The notes beneath the pieces were generated by a model. That model did not search any database. It saw only the letters and a program-made list of their open reading frames with translations, and was not told where the DNA came from. From Octopus vulgaris (Eukaryota): 64,000 nt of DNA. Location: contig OX597817.1 in NCBI GenBank assembly GCA_951406725.2, forward strand, positions 22,816,001-22,880,000. Reading direction: 5' to 3'. Below, in pieces: positions 1 to 14,184 of this stretch (position 1 is its first letter; each line of letters starts with the position of its first letter). The translations under genes were made by a program, and so were the position numbers.

Positions 1-81
1 GTCTCTCTCTCTCTCTGTCTGTTTATTTATCAACCTACCTACATACCTACCTACCTTCCTACTTATCTATCTATCTATCTA

Positions 82-89
<8 letters not shown>

Positions 90-158
<69 letters not shown>
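90..158. repeat. (TA)n microsatellite, preceded by (TC)n/(TACC)n/(TATC)n
   Basis: Direct reading. Representative of many similar tracts in the window. Confidence 0.95.
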
Positions 159-162
<4 letters not shown>

Positions 163-362
163 GAAAAACAAGACGCAAAGGATGTTGCGGTACATATGTT
201 CGGGCTTTATAAATCCCGAAACATATGTACCGCAACATCCTTTGCGTCTTGCTTTTCATTTATTTCATTTGATTCATATATCCTATCACCTATGCTATTA
301 GCTGGCATATACAGGTGCTTACAGTTATCAAGTATTGACCCTGAATTTATTATATATATATA
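157..362 (+). mobile_element. Very short Penelope-like 3' end fragment with an inverted copy (hairpin 157-204/215-263)
   Basis: About 48 bp near-perfect inverted repeat containing the hammerhead 3' half cccGAAAcatatgTAccgc. 215-355 is homologous to 48665-48800 (acaggtgctta..ttatcaagta..ccc.gaattt). Flanked by TA runs. Confidence 0.6.
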
Positions 363-994
363 TCCTCAACTACTTACGCACACACAACCACATTGCTAAA
401 AATAACTCTACAACCACTGTCCTTAGCCATGACGGACACAAATAATTACTACCAAATCTCCTCCACAAAACTTTAGACTTTGAGACTACCAGACATCTAC
501 TACTCTCTTTAAATTCCTTTCATTTCCATCTATTTTTTAACCCTATCTTTCTCTACCTCCTCTTCCTGTCTCTCATCTTCTCGGCTACCCCGTACACCAT
601 TCTTAGACATCATACACATATGCACCTTACTTTATCCCATAGCCAATCCTTAAAATCCCCCCTATCTCACTCTATCTACCTATTTTTCTATTTCTTTTAT
701 TTTCTTTTTCCAATTAATAGCCACCTCCGCTACCATTCTGTTATTGAACGTTGATATGGTCGCGTTTTTTTCTTTGGATGTCTACTGTATCAGGATTTTA
801 ACCCACATGTATGCACACAGGATTGCATCTAAGGACTCGTGCTTTGCTTTCTATAACTTCGGAAAGTTGAACAATGAATTATTATGCTTCTTTTTTCTTC
901 TCTCTTTCCACCTCCTTTTTCTTTTACTCCCTTCCTCTATTTTGTCATCTTACTGATACAGACTATTCTCATTTTCCATAATTAATGACCTACT

Positions 995-1050
995 TCTCTA
1001 TAATGACGGAATAGTCCATACTCGGGGATATCACAGAAACAGCTGTTAGA
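995..1050 (+). ncRNA. Degenerate minimal hammerhead ribozyme motif
   Basis: tct-ATAATGA...GAAAcagctgTT-aga: palindromic stem III and 3-bp stem I present, CUGANGA box mutated. Confidence 0.3.
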
Positions 1051-1281
1051 TTTCGAATTTCTTCCTAAAATAATATCGTGTATGAGTTCAGATGTTTGTC
1101 TTCCCTTAACGTTTCGCGTCCTGTTTAACAATAATATATCCGCTGCATCGGAAATCTACAATGGCTCCATAACTACCGTCTCGGCTACAACCTTGGAGTC
1201 CCAGTAATTCGTTACAGCACTTACCTAGCGTACCTACTCGTTTAGATCACTTGTGAACTAATCCCCCATACTTTGTGTGTT

Positions 1282-1348
<67 letters not shown>

Positions 1349-1502
1349 GTATGTATGCATATACATGGAGTTAAACGCAGGTGTTATTCAAATTCTTTTA
1401 CTTCCGACATATGTTTCGAAGAAAATATTGGTATTATTCCAAAGGAATAAAATGGTGAAGAACAATGTAATCTCCTTAGGGAAATATAGAAAGGGAACAT
1501 CC

Positions 1503-1547
<45 letters not shown>

Positions 1548-1548
<1 letters not shown>

Positions 1549-2025
1549 TAGCAGTATCGCCCGGCGTTGCTCGGGTTTGTAAGGGAAATAACTATATAAG
1601 CATTTTTAGAGAGTTACTTCCCTTATATATGCCAATTCGGGCTTTCTTAGCCATTTCTGTTTTGGTGTCTTCAAGCCATGAAGTCGTTGTTCTAAAAGAA
1701 CTCTGGTCTCTTTGACAACGCTTTACGACGTTGATTTCCTTAAACTCGCTTCCCCACAGCTTCACGAGGGAGGGAAGAAGGGGGAGAAGAAAACAGGTGC
1801 AGGTGTGACCATGGACGCCAACTCCGCCGCCATGATAACTTATGCATTAAAATGGAATAAAAAAATGATGTTGAATTATTTTTAAAATCGTAGACTCATC
1901 GTAGACGCGCGCTAATACTCAGACGGGCTCGATATGAATCACGACTATAAGATACCCGAATTTGGTTAAACTGTGGGAGTAGTTAGGAATCTAAATCGAA
2001 GGGGACAGCCACTCACACAACTACA

Positions 2026-2035
<10 letters not shown>
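1548..2035 (-). mobile_element. Non-autonomous Helitron-type element inserted in (TA)n
   Basis: Minus-strand 3' end reads cccgagcaacgccggg (GC hairpin) + cgatactg + CTAG. No ORF; both flanks are (TA)n. Confidence 0.7.
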
Positions 2036-2077
<42 letters not shown>

Positions 2078-2097
2078 TATATATATATATGTATATG

Positions 2098-2142
<45 letters not shown>

Positions 2143-2143
2143 G

Positions 2144-2187
<44 letters not shown>

Positions 2188-3887
2188 GGACAAGAGACAA
2201 GAACACAACAGACGATAATAAAACATGTGAACAGTCAAACGATGCAAAGACGGACAGGAAAACTCAAGGATGGGTCATTCGCAACCTTTTCTCATCAGTC
2301 AAGTACCAGATCATTCTTACAGTTTCGGCCGGTTGCACTTGAGACTGTTCAAATCTGGCTAGCCCCAAAAATCTAAGCCAAGAGCATTTAAGGTTTTGAG
2401 AGAAAGCAAGCGAGTGCGTACGACAACAAAGACAAAGAAAACGGAGAAAATTTTACACTATTACAAATACAAACAACAAGAAAAAATATATATGTAGAGA
2501 CCAAAAGCGAGAGAGGGATGGAATACGTAAATAAATACAAAAACACATGATGGTTTACCTGTAAAATTGAAGGAATTACGTGGATGTAAATTAATTATCC
2601 TTATATTCTTAATACTAGTCCATTACCGATAATATATTTTTTTGGTGTACTTTTTCCTCCCTGATAAATAAACTAAAATATTTGGAATAAACCATGGTTT
2701 TTGGTGATAAAAGAAGCCGTTTGAAGCTGATAGTAAGACACATATCTATTTTACTAAAGTATTTTGTTTCTAAACTCAGAAACAACAAGATAACGTAAAG
2801 ACACTCACACATATGCGCAAACACACATGCACAATCGCATATATGCAGCTTATAGGTAATATATATGTGTGTGCATGTGTGTGTATGTGTGGGTGTGTGT
2901 ACATGTGCGTATGAAAGATAAACTCTTTTTGCGCATGTATGTATGAAAGATAAACTCTTTAACTTCATTCAAGATAGCTGAGACGGTAGTATTTCACATT
3001 TACATTATACACAGTTGCTTATAACTGAATATTTCATTCCGTCGTTTCTACGTCCAAATCAATTTACAGCGAGGCCCTATACTGTACATAATCTATCGAA
3101 ATGGCTAGAATACAACTAAATCTAATTGCACATTTCCATAGCTTGTTACGATCACTGATTCGTTACTATCTGGCGATATTGGAGTTGATTGATTTCAAAT
3201 ATCAGTGGTTTCAGAAAATTATGAAACACAAACGAATTCCCATAGCTGACATCTCCAGTTTATATTTGTGAAATGATGTTGATTGCTCTGTCATACAATG
3301 TCGTTACTAACAAGCAATAGACAGCAGGAAAAAAAGAAAACACTGAAATAAAGCAAAATAAAATAAAATAAAAGGATATTCAAAGAATATTGATATTTCC
3401 TTTGAAAACAAGTTTCTAGTTTACTACAGTTTCTAGAAAGGTTACTTATAGGACAAAATAGTTCTGTAACATCACTAACAACAGAACCATTACGGCACTT
3501 ATCAATATTTTGAGAATGGTAAATTGACATATAAATGAAGTTATGCAGTGTCAGCCAGCCTCGTACTAAAATGAATTACTGGTGATACACTGACTAATTA
3601 CGAAGTAAACGATGTAATTGTCCATCAGCGGAGAAGCTGATGCAACGACATCTCAATCTTAAACTTAAACATGTTCTGTCTTTATGATTGATCTGTGATG
3701 ATTCAAAACAAACCTATTAGAATTGTATCTATTCTTATATACTAAGAAGCATTCACACTCACAAATTTATACATAGAAAAAGGTCTATAATGCGCTTGGT
3801 CATATATTTTGAGTGGAAACAGGTATGTATGTATGTATGTATGCATGTATGTATGTATGTATGTATCTATATGTTGATGATATATAT

Positions 3888-4117
3888 ATTTCTTTATTGC
3901 CCACAAAGGGCTAAACATAGAGGGAACAAACAAGGACAGACAAAGGGATTAAGTCGTTTACATCAACCCCAGTGCGTAACTGGTACTTTATTTATCGACC
4001 CCGAAAGAATGAAAGGCAAAGTCAACCACGGCGGAATTTGAACTCACAACGTAACGACAGACGAAATACGGCTACACATTTCGCCCGGCGTGCTAACGTT
4101 TCTGCCAGCTCACCGCC
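3888..4117 (-). mobile_element. SINE family B (tRNA-like head, Meta-domain-like body)
   Basis: Reverse complement of 44009-44220 and 61994-62226; B-box-like gagttcaaattcc; body tttgcctttcat.ctttcggggtcgataaa. Confidence 0.85.
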
Positions 4118-4408
4118 TATATATATATATACACGAGATACACACCACACACACATATATGCATGTATGTGTGTGTATGCATATATATATATATGTGCGT
4201 GTGTGTATTTGTGTATTCTTATATTGTCTTACTGTGGAGATGCTGGTGAACCGCCAGTATTATTATCTTTTCAATTGCCATTCTTTTGTGATTGACTATC
4301 CGTGAAGTAGGGAGATTTATATTGCTGCTCTGAAATTCTTCAGGCAAGTTACGAAAACCCGGGGCACCGACAGATGAAACTGAGTGTAGATATAGACTGA
4401 CTCGACCA

Positions 4409-4519
<111 letters not shown>

Positions 4520-4649
4520 ATATATATATATATGATGATAATGATTGCTCTTTCTTTACAGAAGAAGGCCCTTTATTCAATTAATAAATACTGTTATGAG
4601 ATCTTCTATGACTAGCAAGTCTTGCTCTTGACAGAGAAACTCTACTGCA

Positions 4650-5750
4650 AATCTTATAAATATTTTAAAGCAGAAAAGTGTCTGGGATTATAGTTAAGAC
4701 CTGCCTACGAAGTGCCCATTTCAAGATAGATTGTTCAATCCTTCAAGCTTCAAATATATTACATCTATTGTAGATCATTTGTTGCCAAAACCGATCAATC
4801 TTGCGTCATCTGCTCCCAGCCTTCAACTTTCACATTAAGAGGCTTAAGGTTGCTTTTCACAGCATCTCTAGAACGTTTCTTATGTTTATGTCTCGGCCTT
4901 TTACTACGCTGCAACTCCCCGTAAAAACAAACTGCTTTGGCAACCTGTCGTTCTGCATCCTAACAAGGTGCCCATCCCAATGCGTATGAGGATGTGTTAG
5001 CTTGCTGATGAACAACTGGATGTTTTAGCGTGCTGATGAACAACGGTGTCTGGTGTTAAAGACTTCCAATTGATGTCTAGTATCCTCCTAAGGCAAGTCT
5101 GATGGAATCTTTCTAAAGCCTTGATGTGGCGCCGAAATGTCCAGGTCTCAGAACAGTACAGGAGGACCGTTAAAATACAAAATTCATAGAAACTAAGCTT
5201 GGTTTTATAGGTGATAGCTCTATCAGACCACACACGATTTTCAAACCTTCCAAATGCTTTGCTGGTTTCTTCAATTCTCAGATATATTTCAGAATCAAGG
5301 GACACATCTCTAGAGAAAGTTCCGCCAAGGTAGATGAACGAATCAAACACATCTAATCTTGTATCTTGGACGAAGATGTTAGGTTCCACTTAGTGTTGGC
5401 CTGGTGGCTGAGAGAACATGATCTTTGCTTTCTTGAGACTGATGGTAAGTCCAAAAGCAATAAAAGCAATAATTTGCATATCCTTCTCGGTGTGAGCAGC
5501 GAGAGCTACATTATCAGCATAAAGGAGCTCTCGAATAAGGGCCTGGAATATCGTCGACTTTGCATTATAGCGTTTAACATCAAAGACCTTACCTGTAGTT
5601 CTGAAGTAAAAATAGATGCTGATATCACAGTCTTGGAAAGAGTGCAAGATAGTTACAGCAAAATATATGAAAAACAAAGGTATTGGAGCAGGAATATCAC
5701 CTTGTTTAACTCCGTTATCGGTGGAAATTGGTTCCAATGTGTCCATTTTG
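4650..5750 (-). pseudogene. RTE (BovB-like) LINE, degenerate reverse transcriptase C-terminal half
   Basis: ORFs 5390-5746 (GVKQGDIPAP, LLYADN) and 4997-5389 (FIYLG, SKAFGR, LLYCSETWT, LERFHQTCLRRIL); frameshifted. Confidence 0.9.
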
Positions 5751-5764
5751 CTCTCACATCACCG

Positions 5765-5935
5765 CCAGATAACCAGTGTTGGTGAGTTTACGTCCCCGTA
5801 ACTTAACATTTCGGCAAAAGAGGTCGATAGAATAAGTGCAAGGCTTTAAAAAATACGTCCTGTGATCGATGTACTCAACTTCAAGATCGTGCTCCAGCAT
5901 GGCCGCCTTCAAATGCGTGAAAGAAGTAAAAGAAT
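5765..5935 (+). mobile_element. SINE family A, degenerate 3' half
   Basis: tttacgtccccgtaactta...gtgctccagcatggccgc matches the other family A copies. Confidence 0.75.
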
Positions 5936-5977
5936 TTTAATAAATAAAGGAATATATATATGCATATATTCAATCGT

Positions 5978-6382
5978 TTTTTTCTTTTCCTTGTTTCAGT
6001 CATTGCACTGCGGCCATGCTGGAGCACCTCCTTGAAGAGTTTTACTCGGGCGCATCGATCCCAGGACATTTTGTTAAGCCTAGTATTTACTTCATCGTTC
6101 GTTTTTGCCGAACCACTAATTTATGGGTAAATGAACATACCAACGCTGGTTGTTAAACTGTGATGGGTGGAGAAACACACAAATACACACACACACGCAC
6201 AGAGAAACAAACCTACTCACACACATTTGTTGGGCTTGTTTCAGTCTCCGTCTACCAAATCCATTCAGAAGGCGTTGGTTGGCCTGAGTCTTTAGTAGAA
6301 GACACTTTCTCAAGGTGCCACGCAGTGTGACTGAACCCGGAACCTTGTGTTTGGGAAGCAAGCTTCCTACCACACAGCCATG
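5978..6382 (-). mobile_element. SINE family A (tRNA head, CORE-like segment, internal microsatellite, LINE-like tail), diverged
   Basis: Homologous over its full length to 8870-9270. Confidence 0.85.
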
Positions 6383-7132
6383 CCATGTATCATGCTCCCA
6401 CTCTGTTAATGGTAAAGTTAGCATTTAAATAATTTATGGACGTCTCTTTGCTAGGTTTCTCAACTTGAAATATATTCTATCTGTTTTAAAATTCAATATC
6501 ATTTTCCTTAGCTTTTTTTTAGTTAAAGGGTCAACGATATATTTTTATTAGGTTCTGTTTAGCACAAATGCAGTTATTTAGTTGCCTTATTTTCAGTAGT
6601 GGTGTCAGCTGTGATATTTATTTCCGAGTGGGAGGGATTTATCGACCCGCTAGCCAGCGAAGAATGGTTGGCGACCATAGGACTGACTCTTAAATACTCT
6701 GATGGAACAGATGATAGTGTCACAGACGTTGGCGTATTATCTCCAGCCTCCTAAGTACAAGAGCGGTTTATATGGTTAACTTCCACATAGCGTCTGTCTA
6801 CGCTTTTTACATAGCATAACGTTGCCTGGCTTGGAATATGGTAAAACATATGCGCCCAGGGGTCCATTTAATTGGAATGGACATAAAGAGCGTATCGAGT
6901 AAGTGAAACACGTACATTTTCAGAGGAGCCAGGAAGCCGCACCTATACAAAGCCACCTGTTGACAATGCGAAGCTATTACAAAAACCTCAATTTTAGAAA
7001 AGCTAGGAAGTCGTTGTTATATGATTTAATAAGAGAAGAAACAACTTTTGAGAATTTATCTTGAATGCAAGGATCCACTCCTCAATTATCTTACGTTTTA
7101 AAGAATCTATTGTTTGTGATTTGTGCCACCCC

Positions 7133-7186
7133 AATAATAATAATAATAATAATGATAATAATAATAATAATAATATTAATAATAAT

Positions 7187-7231
<45 letters not shown>
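7133..7231. repeat. (AAT)n microsatellite
   Basis: Direct reading. Confidence 0.95.
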
Positions 7232-7234
<3 letters not shown>

Positions 7235-8793
7235 CAAATAAAAATAAAGAAAAATGAAAGAAAGAAGTTTCTTCTTGGAAATCTGTAGCAGAAAACATTA
7301 ATAAAGGTGGCATGACTAAATGAATTTCATATTTTTACTGTCCCTATTGATAAACTGACAGCAAAAATTGTATCACTTTGAAAAGAATATCTTGCGGGTG
7401 TAACAAACGCTTTTGTTTCTTTCAAATGTTGAACAAAGCGTATTATAGAAATTAAACTAAAATAAAAAAATTCAAGGCCACGATTTATTGGAAACTTTGA
7501 ATTGTTAGAAAATGGAAATGCGGTTTGCAATAATAATAATAATATTATAATAATAATAAAACTAATAATTGAACGAAAAATATGTATATGACATGATATA
7601 AAAATGTGAGTAAAGTTGCAGAGAATAACTACGAAAGAATAAATAGAACATACTGGATATATGGATTACTTCTATAGCTTGCCTGAATCTATACATATGT
7701 GCATGTGTGTGTGCGCACGTGTGAACTGTGTGTGTCGTGTGTGTATAGTTTTATGTATGTGCATGCATACGTACCTATGTGAATCGCTTCTGTTTTGTTC
7801 TCATCTCTTTTCCTCCTTCCTCTTCCTCTCTTCCGTGTACTTTCCTTTGGTATCCGTCGACGGAATATGTCGGAAACGTTATACTTTCTTTCGATATGAT
7901 TTACTTCATATTTTTTTCCTTCTTTGAGCGTCAGCCTAATAAAACTCACTATGCACGTTTCCTAACACACATGCACTAACACAAACACACACATATATAG
8001 ATAGATCATCGGTTTGGATGTAGAGGATGCAATTGTTTAATCTAGTGAAGTATATTCGTTTGTAAGAGGTTGAGCATACCACAAAAACATGTATCCATGT
8101 ATCTTAAATGCAAGATGGCCGGTAACGAGCCAAGCAGCTAGTTCTAAAATCTCTAAACGAGATATAAGTAGTAACAATACTAGTAACGTGTTTTTGCCAT
8201 CATAACACGGGTGTTGTATAAAGAATTATGTTACTACATTTTATCCCCAGGAAAACGTATTTTTCAGCTGGTTAAAGGAACACAACCTGTGTGCGGTTTA
8301 TTGTGAGTAAGATTGTGAATCACTTCCCTCCCACCAGTTTGGCAAGACCAGTTGACACAGAGAAGCGGCATACATAACAAGCAACAATCCTAGACGGTGA
8401 CGTTTTTCTCCCACTATAACATAGCAGACAGGTGTCCAGTACCTTGAAGGGTGTAGACCCAAAAACCATGGCCTACTGGTCTCATCAAGCTGGAGGGAGT
8501 CATTGGGAGCCCTTACTCACAATATACCGGATACGTTGTGTCGTTAACCAGCTGGAAGAAATGTTTTCCTGGAGTTAAGATGTAGTAACATAGATGTTTA
8601 TAGAACAGCCATGTTATTGTGACCCCAAAATATTATTTAGTATTGTTACTACTTATATCTCGTTTAAAGATTTTAGAACTAGTTACTTATGCATACATGC
8701 ATACATACATGCGCACACACACACATACATACATACATACATACATACATACATACATACATACATACATACATACATACATGCATACATACA

Positions 8794-8857
<64 letters not shown>

Positions 8858-8869
8858 CATATATATATA

Positions 8870-9373
<504 letters not shown>

Positions 9374-11696
9374 CCTAACCGAAGGGGGCAAATAAAAACA
9401 TAACTGCCCAAACTCAAGATCTTTAGCGAGACTCCACTTCATGTATGAATATACCTGATCTGGCCCAGACTGCAAGATTGATACAGGGCGGCTCGAAACG
9501 ATGATCGTACAAACAAAAGAGTTGTACCGATTCCCTCTGTTCTGTTTACATAATCGATTATTGTGCTTATGCGTGTGTGCATATGTGTGTGTATGTGTGT
9601 GTGTGTGTGCGTGTTTACTTCTATATATTCTTGTTGTTGTATGTTGGTACACATTTATTATCTTTTACAAGGAAAAGATTGACCCTAGGTGCATAGTTTT
9701 GGTTTGTTCGTCTTCATACGGTTGTGAAAACGAGCGAGACGAAATCTTGAATGAACTACCAATATCCCCTTTGTAATAGTTAATGTGCGCGTGTGTGTAT
9801 TTGTGTTTGTGTATGTGTGTCTGTGTATTCGTTGTTTGTAGCCCATACGAAAAATGTAATTACCCAATAGCTATAAGCATACATTATAAGCATACCAGAT
9901 ATAAGCATACATTTTAACATATAGTGTATATATTTAGACATCTATTCTCTAAGCGCAATGCCTTGTGGATAGAAAAAGGTGAAGAGACCTGGTTTCATTT
10001 CAGCTAAATGCCTTTTATTCCCTATGCACAAACTTATAAAATCATAAATTCTAAGGGCATAAATATAGGAAAAGTTAATTTATATATATAATTCATTACT
10101 AAGGGCATAAGTAAATACGATAGTTTTATTCATATCTATAATTCCTTCTTGGCAGTTGGTTCGATTTATAAATACGTGATGGTTGAACACATTTCAATAT
10201 ATATTTTACTATAGGGTATATGTATAACTTTGTTGCTTACATTTTCCGTGAAGAAAAATGCGAAGTTGTTTGGGCATAGAGAGTCTATTCATGGGCATAA
10301 ATTGAAAGATCAACCGATATACGTTTAATCTCGGCAGTCTTCTTAACTTCCCAATATATAGCTTCTCTTAAACTACCATTGTTACGAGCTTAGGTAGATT
10401 ATATAAACAAATTTACATATATAACGTATACTGACACCTGCTGAAATCCAATATGGAATTGTATCTAGTCCTCTTTTCTTGTCAACGAAGATAGTATACA
10501 GAAATGGTATTCATATCTGGTTACGCATACAGTGTTGGTTAAAGACCGCTTAATACATTCTGTTGTGCAGTACAGCATTGCAATAAGTTTGTGATTTCTG
10601 AAGTAATACTAATCTTACACGTAGCTATAATTGCTTTTTATTTACAGATGCATCAAAAGTAGTTTCTTAAGTTATTAACTGGGAATTTGAAACACTAATT
10701 CGGAGAGCTGTTATGAAGCGTACTCGGGGGCTAATGAAATTTCACCACATATAATGCGGGTTTTGTATATATATATCTTGATAAACTATATAATACAGTA
10801 CAGCACTAACACAAAACTTTGTTAACGCAGCCATAATTTAGCAATACCTAATGTAGGGTATGGAAGTATTTATTCAGCTAAAGCCTTACAGTTTTAGTTA
10901 ATTTTCTTGTTCACAAGATCATTTTGATAATAGTATGATGAATTTTAATGAATTGTTTATTCGATAACACTATCTACAAGTGACATTCATAATCGTATGC
11001 GAATTTTCAACAAACTGAAGCAATTTTTTGTAAATACAAAATTAGCAAGGCTTATCAAAAGAAAGATGTGGTAACACATAAGTTACTAGGATATTTGCAT
11101 TTATTTATGGTTAAAAGTTTATGTGGGTTTCTTAGAGACGATTATCGCACTTTCCTTGAAGAGGGGAGAATGAATCTATTTAAGCTGGTAATATGCAGTG
11201 ATTTTTAACTTGATATTAAATGAGAAATCATGTTACCATGTCTACAATGTGTAACGTTTGCTAATCGATGGTTCAATAAGTTTTCAATTCAAACAATGGT
11301 GCTAGATGCCTGTACTTGAAAACTTGGAGCTTAATTTCTTTGCATGGAGCCATAACGAAGAGGTATATTTTCTGTTCAAAATACATTCAGATAGAGATGT
11401 CGTAGATAGGGATAAGGGAGTTTGGTTAGATTAGAGTTGATTTGGACAAGGTCAGTTAATGTTTCAAAAGTTTTACTTTGGTACGTCACTCTTCGATAAT
11501 GATATTGCGTAAGAGACTAATAATTACAGCTTTTGCACTCATTTCAATTGAAGATATGTATCAAAATTACCCTTAAGAAAAAAGAGATACACTCTGCTTA
11601 CCTGTTTAACACGCACATTCTTGGTTAGCATCAACATTCATGTTTCCCACCGTATAAGCGTTAGAACATCAATGATGTTCTCTAAAACTGTGTATA

Positions 11697-11736
<40 letters not shown>

Positions 11737-11942
11737 AATCTCTGAACGAGGTGTAAACAGTAACTGCACGACAATGTGAGGTATACTAGTCATCTCAATA
11801 TGGCTAACCACTAATGGTGGGTGTTACTGTAGCTTGTAGCCCCAGGAGAACATCGTCTCCAGCGGGCTTTAGGCACACTTTCTGTGCCCTTATGGTATTT
11901 GCAAAGGGAGGTCATCCCTCCCTCGTCAATCTAAGTGATGCG

Positions 11943-11983
11943 CACGGACTGCAGTTTCTAGGTATTGACCTGTCGTCGGCGTA
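11943..11983 (-). ncRNA. Minimal hammerhead ribozyme variant (CCGACGA box)
   Basis: tacg-CCGACGA-cagg tcaata ccta-GAAA-ctgcag-TC-cgtg: stem I tacg/cgtg, palindromic stem III, GUC site. Confidence 0.55.
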
Positions 11984-11986
11984 CGA

Positions 11987-12026
11987 CAATCACCGGTTTC
12001 TAGGTTTTGATCTGTCGTCGGCATTG
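11987..12026 (-). ncRNA. Second, upstream hammerhead-like motif
   Basis: caatg-CCGACGA-cagatcaaaaccta-GAAA-ccgg-TG-attg; cleavage triplet non-canonical. Confidence 0.4.
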
Positions 12027-12044
12027 GGACTCCATTCATCGAAA

Positions 12045-12376
12045 ACTTATTCTTTGTTAGGCTAGTACTTATTCTGTCGGTCTCCTGCCAAACTGCCAAG
12101 TTTCCTGGACATAAACACAACGACATCGGTTGTGAAAACGATGGAGGGGGACAAACACAGACACACACACACAAATATATGCATGCATATACATATATAT
12201 ATATATTTATATATTTGACGGGCTTCTTTCAGTTTCCGTCTACCAAATTCACCCACAAGTGTTTGGTCGGCCCGAGGCTATAGTAGAAGACACTCGTCGA
12301 AGGTGTCACGCAGTGGGATTGAACCCGGAACCATGTGGCGGAAAAGCAAACATCTTATCACCCCCCCTCCTGCGCC
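12045..12376 (-). mobile_element. SINE family A lacking its 3' tail
   Basis: Homology ends at aaagaataagt and continues into the hammerhead element. Confidence 0.85.
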
Positions 12377-14152
12377 TATATATGTGCATGTATGTTATAT
12401 ATATATATATATACGTACATACACACACTTGTATATGTGCATATATACATGTAACCAACGGTTTGCATCTCATTCCTAAATATTTCCTGCACCAAAGTCG
12501 AATCATATATGAATATACTTTTATAATGTTAAATAATTTTAACCTAATCGATTTTATTATTTTTTTTATCAGTACTTCGCCTTTGATTGCACAATATAAT
12601 CTGATTACAAGTAGAAGTTAGTTGACTTTATCAAACAGATCAAACATCTGATAAAGCAATACACTAACATCAGATAAAGTAATGCACCTAATTACTTGAT
12701 GTAGCTAATGATATGTCATCAGAATACATCGTTTAATCTTTCTTCATGGATGACATAGAGCAAACGAGCGATCTTTCGCATAAATATAGATGCGACTATA
12801 GTGATAAATTCAAAAGAAATCTTAGTACGAACCTCTACTTGGTAATTCTAACTTCTAGAAATAGCGGCTTATATCCCGCAGATTAATCACGAGCTTCAAT
12901 TTTAAAATGAAGAGCCCTTTGAATAATGTAATCCCAAATAGACTATGTTTTTATCAAATATGGGACGGTAATGATTAATATAAAAATAATTGATACTAAT
13001 GTGTATAATGACTGAATTGCTTAGATGAGGACCGGTCTGTGTTAAACAAGGGCAAGAACAACGAAGTCTGGGGTTCATGAATCCACAGAAAGCATGACAT
13101 TCTGATCGCTCCATATTTATATTACACTTAATATAAAAAGTTTCCGGAAGGCAACATATACATAAAAGTATAAAAATTTTGTAGTATATCTTCAAAGCAT
13201 GAAAATTAATTGTCATAAGCGAAACAAATTCACAAAAGAACAAATATTAGCATACGTCGCCAAGTACGTCAGTTCTTAGAGGAGAACTAAATTAGTGGTA
13301 ATATATTAAATGCAGCTGGCTTAAAACAGCTTACTGGAAATAATTGTGCAACAGGAAAAGAGTAATGTTAGCCATTGGCTAATTATTATTTTGTTTGAGC
13401 AAGTATAAGATGTAAAAACCAATTATTCCCCTGTATCATTATAGTCATTCTTTGCAGAGCATACAATTCACTGTTCATACCGAAGTAATGATAGAAGAAC
13501 CATTAGAAATAATGTACAAGAATATAGAACAATATGCGCTGAAATTTCGACTAGATGATATATTAATATTAGCTTAAAGTCTAAAGCCTAAAATCTAGGA
13601 TCACGATGTAGACTACATGAAATAGAATTATAAGTACCCTTCGCATATTAGTTTCTCACAGCTCCAAAGACAGTATAGCAAATACGAAATTATATACATT
13701 TATACAAAAAATGAAGACTTAGGCAGTAGGGCTTTCATATATGTATGTTATTGTTGGTGTAGAGAATCTTTTAGTTTAATCCGAAACTGATATATCCTGC
13801 GCAAATAACTAAGATAAATATAAAATTCAATGTGGACATATTTTAAGAATGAATGCTTAAGGTACCCTTTTGTTCTCGCATGCTCGTTGAAGGTACATTT
13901 GTATTAAAACTTGTCATCAATTCCATTAGAGAATATATATGATGTGTCGAACTATAGTATAGTATAGAGAAATAACTTGTATTTCGGCAATACGGGAGAC
14001 AACTTCAAATAAGTTCTCAAACGATTAAAAGTTTTCAGCGAATCATATACATCACATTTGTTGCCTAGGTAGTGGTGGCTGGATTATCAAATATTGTTCT
14101 ATTTACAACTACATATGATGATGATGGGTATGATATGTGTGTGTGTGTGCGT

Positions 14153-14184
<32 letters not shown>

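Larger units (their letters stand above)
11737..12030 (-). mobile_element. ORF-less hammerhead-bearing repeat (retrozyme/pLTR-like family 1)
   Basis: Homologous to 36604-37140; 3' end abuts (TA)n at 11704-11734; two tandem hammerhead-like motifs at its 5' end. Confidence 0.65.

Noticed and set aside
10020-10300. Scattered gggcata motifs with a weak inverted match
   Set aside because: Too short and irregular to support a MITE call.
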